This document shows, in pieces, positions 20,500-35,828 of a DNA stretch of 64,000 nucleotides. This DNA is from Salpingoeca rosetta (lineage: Eukaryota > Protista > Choanoflagellata). The stretch covers positions 571,312 to 635,311 of the forward strand of contig JAWQFM010000014.1 of assembly GCA_033442325.1 (NCBI GenBank), read 5' to 3'. The translations under genes were made by a program, and so were the position numbers. A model generated the notes under the pieces. The model worked only from the letters and a program-made list of their open reading frames with translations, did not search any database and was not told where the DNA came from. Within the stretch, counting starts at the first letter, position 1; the number at the start of each line of letters is the position of its first letter.

Positions 20500-21119
20500 T
20501 ATACACATGTGAGGTATTGTTCGCACAGCCATGAAGCTGACGCCGCTTCAAGGACGCACACACACACACACACACACTCCTTTGGCACAGTAACACATAC
20601 ACACACGCACACACACACGCACACACACAAACGCACACACACACGCGCACACACAAACACACATGGCACACCTTCAAAGAGGCCCTTGAGAATGGCGGAG
20701 ATGTCGATAATGCCCATGTATGTGTCGGATTCCTGGTCCTCAATGGAGGCGGCGAGGACGACGGGTGCAGACAGGATGTGCTCCTTGGCCAGCTCGTGCA
20801 GTGCATCGTCCGCCGTCGCGTTGTGGTTGATGGACACCACGCGGCGGCGGCCATGTTGCACATCAGCCAGCGTCGTGGACACCAGCAGCCGGCGCAGAGG
20901 CGTCTGCATGTGCGTGTGGGTTGTGCGCGGGCGGGGGGGGGGGTGATGCGTTGTGTATCTTTAGATTAGGATAGAGGTGGAGGGGTAGCAATAGTCCGTG
21001 AGATCCTCACCTCAGTTCACACACACACACACACACACCACAAGACACGCTAACCAAAGCGTCAGGCTCACCTCGGCATCCTCTGCCTTGCGCTTGGCGC
21101 TTGGCTTCTCAGAAGACAT
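18752..21119 (-). CDS. Four-CBS-domain protein (AMPK-gamma/SNF4/SDS23-like)
   Basis: CBS signatures HILSAPV..MGIIDI, HRIAI...VISMSDVV, AAVAVVD..NFSNSDLR, ITCKPYATFESILDRLVKQRVHRLYVV..GVVSLTDIL across 8 exons; stop at 18752. Confidence 0.85.
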
Positions 21120-22038
21120 GATGAGTTTGTGTTGGTGAATACAAAACGAGAGGCAGACACGGTATGTTTGCTGGATACTGGGATCAGGCAACCACGGGGC
21201 GACAATGGCAGGGACGGTGGTGTGAGTGCGGAATGAGGCGTTGCGTTCGCACTCCAACACACGCCGAACATGGACACTGCACAACCTCGCAGATCACTGC
21301 TGTCACAACTCATCTGCATTCGCACTGAGATCTTGCAGGTGCTGTGTGCACCACACCGACAACACAGCAAACAGCACACATACACACTCCCACCCACCAC
21401 ACACACACACACACAGCAAACCACACACCACACACCCCTCCTCTGCCACCCATTCACTCATCCCCACCGATCCAACCACAGCCATCCTACCCCCCAGCCA
21501 TCACCTTCCTCTCTGATTGCTTCATTCACTCACCTCCTTGCTCTTGCGTCAGCGGTGGATAGTGCGCACCATCTACGTTTCGCACAAGAAACAAAGCAGA
21601 CGCACACGTGTGCGTTCCTTTCCTCCTCCTCTTGCTGTGCTGCTTGTGCCTTTTTTTTTTCCGTCCAGATCAACACAACGTGCACCAAGCCCTTGCAGAC
21701 CAATCACACACAGGTGAGAGAAGTGGAGTGGTGTGGCTATCTTTTCGTTGTAACACACAACGACAAGGGTGCGGTTAAGGCTGTGGGCGTGTAGTGTACA
21801 TGTGTGTGTTGTGTTGTGTGTGTGTGTTGTGTGTGTTGTGTGTGTTGTGCACCTCTGATCTCCTTCGTGCATTACTTTTGTCTTGTTGTAACTTGAACTG
21901 CAACTTGAACTTCATTTCTTTTGCTTGTAGTTGTGCGGTGCGATCTCCTCTCTGTCACCAACACTCACTCACGCGTCCACACACGCATCCACTTACACCC
22001 CCTCCCCCTCCCACAACACTTGACAAAGAACCGACACC

Positions 22039-22800
22039 ATGCCTGAGTTCACCGAGAAGCAGATCAAGGCCGCCAAGAAGGAGGGTGGCAAGAAGGGCCA
22101 GGACCTTTCCGGCATGCACGACATGGGTGGCATCAGGTAAGCAGCAGCGTAGTCTGTGTCTGTGTGTCTGGTATTTCTTGTGCTTCTGGCATTTCTTGCG
22201 CTTCTAAAGCGTTGTGATTGCCGTCGTGCATGCACATCGTGCTCGCGGCTGTGCGTGGTGCGCGCATGCCTCCACTTGTTGCACTAGCTGCTGCCATGCC
22301 TGGTCTTTTCACTCACTCACGACGCCCTTGGTTGCCATGTGTTCACCAGCTACTTCCACGTCGCCATGGAGAAGTGCGAGGGCTCCCTCGAGCTCCTGCA
22401 GCACGCCCTTGACGGCGCCAACGTCGAGGTCGACGAGAAGGCCGACGACCGCAAGGGTGGTGCCGGCCACCTCGGCAAGATGTTCCTGTCTGCCAACAAC
22501 GACCAGCTCGCCATCATCTGCCACGTGCCCAAGGACCGCCACGAGGTTGTCACTCCCAAGGAGTGGGTCGAGGTCTTCCTTGGCATGTACAACGGCAAGA
22601 TCGTCGAGGAGGGCGAGGACTTTGTCAAGGCCACCGTCCCCGCCGACAAGGACAACGAGCGCTTCCCACTGAAGATGCGCGACGAGGCCATGAACCTCGG
22701 CTACAGCTTCCTCGCCAAGAAGGGTCTTGTGCGTGAGGACGAGGACGAGGACGACATGCTCGACGGCGACGCTCTTGAGGCCGCTGGCATCGAGTGGTAA
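22039..22800 (+). CDS. Small conserved-looking protein resembling a stand-alone C-Ala (DHHA1) domain of alanyl-tRNA synthetase
   Basis: Exons 22039-22136 and 22350-22800 join in frame. Strong C/G third-position bias suggests high expression. GKMFLSANNDQLAIICHVP...KEWV...GK resembles the AlaRS C-Ala region. Confidence 0.7.
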
Positions 22801-23438
22801 ACAGGTGCTGCTACACAAGCCACGTGCATCAAGTCGCGCACTTGTTGTGACATGTGATGTCCCGTGGTCGTTCCACCACTGCCGCCACCACCAATTCACC
22901 TTAAGCCTTGGGAGCTGTTTCGGCCTGTCTGTTTAGTTGTCCCCCCCCCCCACCTTTCTCTCCTTTTTGTCTCTGCTATGTCTCACATTCATTGCGTGTG
23001 CATGAATTGTTGATCTCCTTGGACGTGTGCTCCGGCCTCCGTTCATTGCCATTCATTGATGCTTGTGGTTGACTTGAAGTACAACGATGCCGCCAGCAAT
23101 ACAAAACGATTGTGTGGGTGGGTTTGCATTGCATATGTGTGTGTGTGTGTGTGTGTGCATGGGTGTCTATTTTTTTGCGTGTGTGCAGGCGGAGGTTGGT
23201 GTTCCTTCATTTACGTGTGGTTGTGACAGATGAGACGCGGTCTTAACAATCAAGAAGAGTGGGCGATGAGGAGAGATGAGTGCGCACAAAACAAAAACAG
23301 GAAGGTAGTGGATGCGGTGTGATGGTTGAACCAGCGGTCCCATCAGATGAAGCATAGGCACGTAGCATTCGCGCCGTCATGTGGGCAGTGTGTATGAGAG
23401 CTTGGGAAAGGGCAACATCTTGCTGGGTTTGGGAGCGG

Positions 23439-27484
<4,046 letters not shown>

Positions 27485-27632
27485 CTTGGCCAGGAAAGGT
27501 AATACAGACAAGGGGTTGCTGGAGGGGTTGTGGTGTGTTGTGGCTTGAAGCTGCGACCGTGTGCACGACAAGGAGAGATGTGCTCTGCTGTTGTTTGGGT
27601 TGGTTGGTTGGCTGTCGTCTCGTTTGCGCGGT

Positions 27633-27645
27633 GTTGCCAAGCAAA
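27633..27645. promoter_or_regulatory. Putative RFX X-box (GTTGCCAAGCAAA) about 150 bp upstream of the ODA-DC2 start codon
   Basis: One mismatch to GTNRCC-N0-3-RGYAAC, directly upstream of a ciliary gene. Confidence 0.55.
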
Positions 27646-27812
27646 AGCGGATATGGACGATTTGCCAAATCGCCAGTTGTTTTTCCGTGACCCTGGTTTT
27701 GGTGGAAGTCTTTGCGAAAAGCCAATCGCAGCCCAACGATAACCTGCGTGCAGATGACGTCATTTTCTTTGTCTCGAGTCTTCGAGTTGGAGTGCGTGCG
27801 TGCGACGCAACA

Positions 27813-29536
27813 ATGGCGCTGGAGATGTCGTCGGGATATGGCGGCTATGGCGGCTATGGCGGTGGTCGCTTGTTTGTGTTTGTGCTGAGCGTGCTGGTCG
27901 CCCTCGCACAGCAGCCACACCTGCACCTCGCACGAGCCGACTGCCCCGACGATATTGGCGTCGACGACACGGTCGAGGTCAAGTCGTGTTCGGCCGGCAG
28001 TGCGTTCATTGTGACACAGGGCATGTTCAGCACCAGCAACGGCGACGACTACGCCATCGACGCCACAGGTGCATGCAATCACATTGACGTGCAAGCAACA
28101 AGCTTCGACGACTTTGAGCTCAACATCAAGAGCGGCGCAGAGATCGACACCATCGTCTTCACAGGCATGACAGCCGTCGACGACATGTACATCTTCGTGG
28201 ACGGCGACGTGTCGTCGAAGATTGAGTTCCCAAACCTGCAATCCGTGGACTGTCTCCGGATTGAGGCGGCGGTGGATGTGCCCCTCATCTCCTTTCCCTC
28301 CCTCAAAGCTGCGACCAACATCCACCTGGAAACGAAGAACGACGCCTCCCTCAGCGTCACCATCGGATCAAGCACCTCAAAGACGTATGTCATTGCTGTC
28401 ACTTCACATCAGCTCACCCCACCATGACATCGCCACACCCACACACTACCGCCCCGCCCCGCTGAGCATGTTGTCCACAGAGTCACTCAACAATCAACAC
28501 CAAAATCGCCTGTTCTCATGCACAAGCAATCTCACGACTGTGTTGTGCTTTTCATCCACGATCGCACATCATGCATGCCACATGCAGGTTTGAGACTGCA
28601 GGTGATGTGGAGATGGAGATTGATGGGGACATGGTCCTCAAGGTGTACGGAAATTGCGGAAGCATTGATCACCTGGACATGGACCGGGATGCAGGCGTTG
28701 GTTATGCCATATTCTACAACATGGCCGAAGTTGCGGAGGTCTCGCGCAACCACATCTTCAAGTGCTTAACGTACTGGGATAACAGGCGCACATCAAACCT
28801 CGAAAACAGCCATTGTGTGCCGCAGCAAACGACAACCACAGCAGTGTCACCAACGGCATCATCAACGGCACCCACCGACTTCATTGTTGGCGACGACATA
28901 TATGCGGTCAACGCTGGCGACAGCAACTCGTACACAGACACAGAGGGCCGCGTGTGGCAGCCCGCAGGCTCCTACATCCAAGGCAGCACGTTCGTCCAGA
29001 GCATCAACATCGCCAACACAAACGACGACACCCTGTACCAGTCAGAGAAGTACGCAAGCACGCTCAGGATGAACTTCCCCGTGACTCGCAACAAGTGGTA
29101 CCGCGTGTTTCTCCACTTTGCTGACATCTGCGAATGCACCGACCAGCCTGGAGAGCGCGTCTTTGACATTTACATTGAGGGCACGCTTGTGGAGAGTAAC
29201 GTGGACTTGACCGACAGTGTTGGGTGGGCCACGGCCACGGTGAAGGTGTTTGATGTGTACGCGGGTGACACGAACCTCGACATTGACTTCACCAGCTCTG
29301 CAAACAATGGCAAGATCAGTGCAGTGCGCATTGCACAGTTGGTGCCGGTCACATCGACAACAACAATGACAACCACACCGATGACAACAACAACCACATC
29401 AACCACTCTGGCCTCGAGCACGATGATGACAACAACTGCTGAAGAGGCGACAACAACCACAACAACAACAACCACGTCTACAACTACAACAACTACAACC
29501 ACGTCCACAACAACAACCACGTCTACAACGACAACG

Positions 29537-29594
<58 letters not shown>

Positions 29595-30091
29595 CCACCA
29601 CCACCACCACCACGACAACAACAACAACAACAACAGCAACAACAACTACAACTACAACAACAACAACAACAACCACCACCACCACGACGACGACAACAAC
29701 AACACCAACAGCAACAACAACTACAACTACAGCAACAACAACAACTACTACTACTACAACAACTACAACCACCACCACCACCACCACCACCACGACAGCG
29801 AAGTTGGCCACGTTGTCAACAGCGTCGCCCTCGGATCACATGAACCTGACGGCATCGACGTCCTCCTCGGCGCCAAGAGCCACCGACGTGACAGCACAGT
29901 CAACCTCAGAGCTCTCCACGCCAACGTCAACAGCAGCAGACATCAACCCGCAAACGAGTCGCAGCGGCAGCGGCAGCACGGACATGACGACCATCATTGT
30001 CGCCGTCGTCGCTGGCGCCATCGGTCTCATCGCCGGCATCTGTGAGTTTGTGGTTGTTGCGTGTGTGTGTGTGTTTGCTTGCATGTGTTTG

Positions 30092-30146
<55 letters not shown>

Positions 30147-30970
30147 GACATGTGCACTGTAGCGCAAGAATGCGCAATTGCGTGTTGTATGTGCGCAAGT
30201 TTTGTGTTCTTGTGCATGCTCTGGGCTATCCACATATGCAATGGCTCACACTCGCATGCCCAAAATCAACCACATGACACTGTATTCGTCTTCGTGCAGT
30301 GCTTGCCGTATTCGTTCGTGGTCGCAGCAAGCGCACGAAGCTGCCAAAGACCCGCACCACACCGCCCATCACCATGAACCCAACGTACGACCCGTCGCCC
30401 CGCTCGCGTCAGGATGGACTTGCAGGCGGCAAGATGAACATGGCCATGTATGACGACGAGTACGCTGACCCGAACGAGTGCCGCACGTACGAACAGCCTG
30501 TTGTCGGCCACGGCGGTGTTCAGGAGAACACATACGATGTACCAGATACGTCGTGGTCCGAGCAACCCTACATGGTGCCAACACCCGCCTCGAGCGTGAA
30601 AGGTATCCACAGCCACAGCGGCAGCAGCATTCGCAGCTCCATGCACCAGCAGCGACCACTGCCTCCACCTGGGTATGGCGTGCGCCTCCAGGACAGCAGC
30701 GAGAACGTGCATTACGATGTCGCTTCCCCATCAACGGCAACTGATGTGAACAGCTCTGCACGCACGGGGCAACCCCAGCTCCGCCTGTATGACAACTACC
30801 CAGCCGTTGCCAGCACCTGTGATGACGAAGACAGTGCTGAAGAAGGCGTTGACACCACAGACCGTGTGTATGAGACGCTTCCGCCCATCTACGACAATCT
30901 TGCGGTGTCTCCGAAAGCGAACCATCTCGTGCAACTGGGCGACGGCGCTGGCTTTGGCTTCGACGCTTAA
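27813..30970 (+). CDS. Type I membrane receptor A: signal peptide, L-domain/LRR-like repeats, malectin domain, Thr-rich stalk, TM, Tyr-rich kinase-less tail
   Basis: Exons 27813-28384, 28588-30041, 30300-30970 join in frame. Repeats FTGMTAV/FPNLQSV/FPSLKAA. Malectin YAVNAG..LYQSEKY..LHFAD..GERVFDIYIEG..KISAVRI. TM IIVAVVAGAIGLIAGILLAVFV followed by basic residues. Confidence 0.9.
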
Positions 30971-31844
30971 GGCTTCACGGTGCTATCAACACGCCATACC
31001 CCTCCACTGTGTTGTGTTGTGTTGTGTTGTGTGCTTGGAGCTGCGTTTGGATTTCCCGTGCCCTTCCTTCCCCCTCCTGCTTAATGTCAGCTGGACACGC
31101 TTCTCGTTGGGAGCCTGCAGCTGCCCGGCGTTTCATGCCTGCTTTCAGTTCCCCTGTCCCTTTGTTGTTCTCACCACTTCATGTTGTTACTGAATATCCA
31201 TGTTGTTGTCTTCTTCATGTTGTTTGCTCACACCAGGACTGGTGATGGGCTCCAGCGTTCGTTTCTTTTGTTATGCTTTCGCTTTCCTTGAGAGGAGTTC
31301 GCCACCACCCCCAGAAGACACCACAGACGAGCCGGCTCGCTGTGTAGTGCTGCTGCGTGTGTTGCTCCCAAAGACAGCGAAGCGCCATGGGCCAGAAGCT
31401 CTGGCAAACCCCTTCTGCTACCTGCCTTGCTTGTGTTCTTTCTTTGCATTCTGCTGTTCGCGCTTTCTGCTTTGCTGCTTTAACGCTTCAGAGAGGGTGT
31501 TCCCTCATCGAGCGAGCCACCTCGTACAGCAGTGAACAAATGCGAACAGAGAGAAAGAGAGAGAGAGAAAGTGCAAGCAAGTCAACGCAGAGCGGCCTGC
31601 TGGAGACACGCTCTCATGAATGAGTAGGCAAATGACGTGATGAGGCGAGGGCGAGAACGTAAAACGCGCCGGAAATGCACGCAGGTTCCCACGGCGCCAA
31701 CGAGTTGGTGCAGCCGAAATGTGATGGAAGACGTCAACGAACACCGCCATTTTGCTTGCAAGCAACAGCAGGCGCTGTAAACTGCTTCCCACAGCCACGC
31801 CAATTACTTCTGCTGCTGCTGCAAAAGCAACCATCCCAAAGAGC

Positions 31845-32487
31845 ATGCGACGTTTGTTTGTGCTTGTTGGGGTGCTGGCGCTGGCGGTGCTGCTGTGCGC
31901 GAGCGAGCTGCACCTGGTGCACGCACACGGCGATGGCGGAGACGATGGCGAAGAAGAAGGCCGCGGTGGTGGTGGAGAGGGTGGAAGCAGCAGCACCTGC
32001 CCTTCCTCAATCGACCCCGACGACACGGTCGAAGTCAAGTCGTGTTCGGCCGGCAGTGCGTTCATTGTGACACAGGGCATGTTCAGCACCAGCAACGGCG
32101 ACGACTACGCCATCGACGCCACAGGTGCATGCAATCACATTGACGTGCAAGCAACAAGCTTCGACGACTTTGAGCTCAACATCAAGAGCGGCGCAGAGAT
32201 CGACACCATCGTCTTCACAGGCATGACAGCCGTCGACGACATGTACATCTTCGTGGACGGCGACGTGTCGTCGAAGATTGAGTTCCCAAACCTGCAATCC
32301 GTGGACTGTCTCCGGATTGAGGCGGCGGTGGATGTGCCCCTCATCTCCTTTCCCTCCCTCAAAGCTGCGACCAACATCCACCTGGAAACGAAGAACGACG
32401 CCTCCCTCAGCGTCACCATTGGATCAAATACGTCTCACACGTGCGTTTCTTATCCCTGCACAAATCATGTGAATGGATTTGCTCAGT

Positions 32488-32570
<83 letters not shown>

Positions 32571-33689
32571 TGGCAGCCTGTTGTCAGTCTGCCTGCTTAT
32601 GTCCGTGTCTATCGAAATGCAGCATGATTGGCCAATGCCGTGTCTGCTCTGTGGTTTGTGTAGTCCCTTCTTTGCCATTGCTGATGGCTTCTTCACTGGG
32701 ACAACTCGACGACACGCTCTCTGGCATCTGCTTACATGTCTCATCACATCACTGCTTCCGTCCATCCTGCCTCCCAACCATGTGTACTTTTGCGGCTAGG
32801 TTCGAGTCCGCGAGCGATGTGGACATGGAGATTGATGGCGACATGAACTTGAAGCTGTATGGCAAGTGTGGTTCCATTGGCGCGCTGAACATGGACCGGA
32901 GCAGCGGTTCCGGAACGGCAGAATTCTTCCACATGCGCGAAGTGGCAGATATCTCGCGCAGCAGCTTCGAATGCAAAACGTACTGGGACGGCGCATTCAA
33001 GTTCGCATCCAGCTTGCTGAACAGCAACTGCCAAGTCGGCGTAACAACCATTGTACCCTCTGTGGCGCCATGGACAAGCTCAACTGCCTCCGCAGCCAGT
33101 ACTACAACAACCACAGCGTCAATGTCAACGTCCATGTCCCCCGCAGCCCTCCCCAATGTCCCCACCGACTTCATTGTTGGCGATGATGTATATGCGGTCA
33201 ACGCTGGCGACAGCAACTCGTACACAGACACAGAGGGCCGCGTGTGGCAGCCCGCAGGCTCCTACATCCAAGGCAGCACGTTCGTCCAGAGTATCAACAT
33301 CGCCAACACAAACGACGACACCCTCTACCAGTCAGAGAAGTACGCAAGCACGCTCAGGATGAACTTCCCCGTGACTCGCAACAAGTGGTACCGCGTGTTT
33401 CTCCACTTTGCTGACATCTGCGAATGCACCGACCAGCCTGGAGAGCGCGTCTTTGACATTTACATCGAGGGCACGCTTGTGGAGAGTAACGTGGACTTGA
33501 CCGACAGCGTTGGGTGGGCCACGGCCACGGTGAAGGTGTTTGATGTGTACGCGGGTGACACGAACCTCGACATTGACTTCACCAGCTCTGCAAACAATGG
33601 CAAGATCAGTGCAGTGCGCATTGCACAGTTGGTGCCGGTCACATCGACAACAACAATGACAACCACACCGATGACAACAACAACTTCTA

Positions 33690-33731
<42 letters not shown>

Positions 33732-34921
33732 CCACGTCTACAACTACACCAACTACAACTACAACAACAACAACAACCACGTCTACAACGACAACAACGA
33801 CCACCATGATTGTTACGTTGTCCACAGCGTCGCCCTCAGATCACATGGACCTCACAGCGTCAACGTCCGCCTCAGCGCCACCGACCACATCTGACGCACA
33901 AGAGTCGACAACTGCGACCACAGTCAGCTCAACGCCCCCCAACCAGAACATCAACCCACAAACGAGCCGCAGCGGCAGCGGCAGCACGGACATGACGACC
34001 ATCATTGTCGCCGTCGTCGCTGGCGCCATCGGTCTCATCGCCGGCATCCGTGAGTTTGTGTGCGTGTGTGTGTTTGTCTCTGTGTGTGCGTGTGTGCTTG
34101 CATGTCTGTGTGTGTGTTTGCATGTGTGCTTGCATGTGTCTGTGTCTGCGTCTGTGTTTGTGTTTGCATGCGTGCACGCATGTCGTTGCGTTTGTTTGTG
34201 CGTTGCGGTGGTATTTTGTCCATGCAACCCATCTTCATACTCTGACACAAACTGCCACTTGCCACGTGTCACATGACATGCAGTGCTTGCGGTGTTTGTT
34301 CGCCGCCGGAAGAAGCGTACACGGCTGTCCAAGACCCGCACCACACCACCCGTCTCCATGAACCCAACGTACGAAGAGTGCGCGAGCGACAATGACGGGC
34401 TTGCTGGCGGCAAGATGAACATGGCCATGTTCGACTACGAGTACGCTGACCCGAACGAGTGCCGCACGTACGAACAACCTGTGGTCGGTCACCTCGCGCA
34501 GCTGCACAAAGGTTCCGCCTGGGCAGAAAACGCCTATGCCATGCCTGCTTCACAGCCCATCCAGCACGCGAAAGCCAATGAATACGAGGTGCCTGTGTCC
34601 TCGGCAGCCAAGCACACTGCAGCAGCAAGCACGACGGTGTACGACATGGCCTCACCCGACACACCTGCAGCTACAGCGCCTGAGTATGACTTGGCCTCAC
34701 CCCACACAACTGCAGCTACAGCGCCTGAGTATGACTTGGCCTCACCCCACACAACTGCAGCAACAGCGCCTGAGTATGACATGGGTGACGAGGGTACGGG
34801 AGATGATGCCTACGCGACAGTCGCCCCTCCTGGCTGCACATATGACAACGTGGTGCTGTCAAAGACTGGGGAGCAGAGGATGCAGTTAAACGACGCAGAT
34901 GACTTTGGGTTCGATGCATGA
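31845..34921 (+). CDS. Type I membrane receptor B, tandem paralog of receptor A with the same architecture
   Basis: Exons 31845-32440, 32800-34049, 34284-34921, with the same intron positions and phases as A and near-identical L-like, malectin and TM blocks. Confidence 0.9.
34640..34784 (+). repeat. 45-bp coding tandem repeat (about 3.2 copies) encoding YD(L/M)ASPxTxAATAPE in the receptor B tail
   Basis: Units start at 34640, 34685, 34730 and 34775. Confidence 0.95.
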
Positions 34922-35411
34922 AGTGGCACAAAGATGATGGCTTGTCGCAGCATATCATCTCGATTGTGTGTGTGTGTGTGTTGATTTTTTTGTTGCTCGT
35001 GATGTTGTTGATCTGTTTGCATTGCGTCCACCCTCTCGAATGCGTACTCGTGTTTCCATTGCATGCGCGCGTCTTCTTTCAGTCTTCTTCATTTGCTCTT
35101 TCCTCCCTTTGACTTTCTTGCTTGTTTTGTCGTTCAGTGTCGCTCTGACTGCTGAAATTGTATCCTCGTTCCTAAGCACGAAATTGCCTGCTGTTCCACG
35201 TTCCACCTTTCCTTGCTGCGTTGCCCGAGCCCTGCTTTCTTTTTAAGTATCGTTGGTGAGTTGCATCATGTTTCAAACATGCCTTCTGTTCTGCTCTTGT
35301 GGTTTACTTCATATCAGTTCTGTTCCATTACACGCGCTTACAAGCAGTCACAGAACCCATACCCAACACTCTTGAAACAGAACAGCACGCACACGCACGG
35401 CACTCTCTGTC

Positions 35412-35767
35412 CTACAGAGTGAGGAAGTCAATGTCCTCATGGTCCGAGGATGCATCAAAGTCACTGCTGTCAGCACCAGCAACAACACCACCGCCCACGC
35501 CGTTGTGTCCTTGACGTTCAGCGAGTTGTGCTCGTTGTCCTGCTCTTATTGGCGTCTTCTTGCGCCTGGCTGATGATGACGGTGATGGTGTTGGTTGACC
35601 AAGGACACGCGCGACCTTGCTGTCATTGCGGCGCTGATTATCGGAGAACGTGTCATCCGCATCGTCAAATGTCGCCAATGCCTGCAAGCATCAAGGATGG
35701 GCGGCGTGCCATACATAAAGGGGCGAGGGACGACACAAAATGATGAGGCAAGGATAGCATGTGGCAT

Positions 35768-35828
<61 letters not shown>

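Noticed and set aside
32799-32809. Perfect tRNA B-box GGTTCGAGTCC
   Set aside because: It lies at the splice acceptor and exon start of receptor B; no A-box or cloverleaf.
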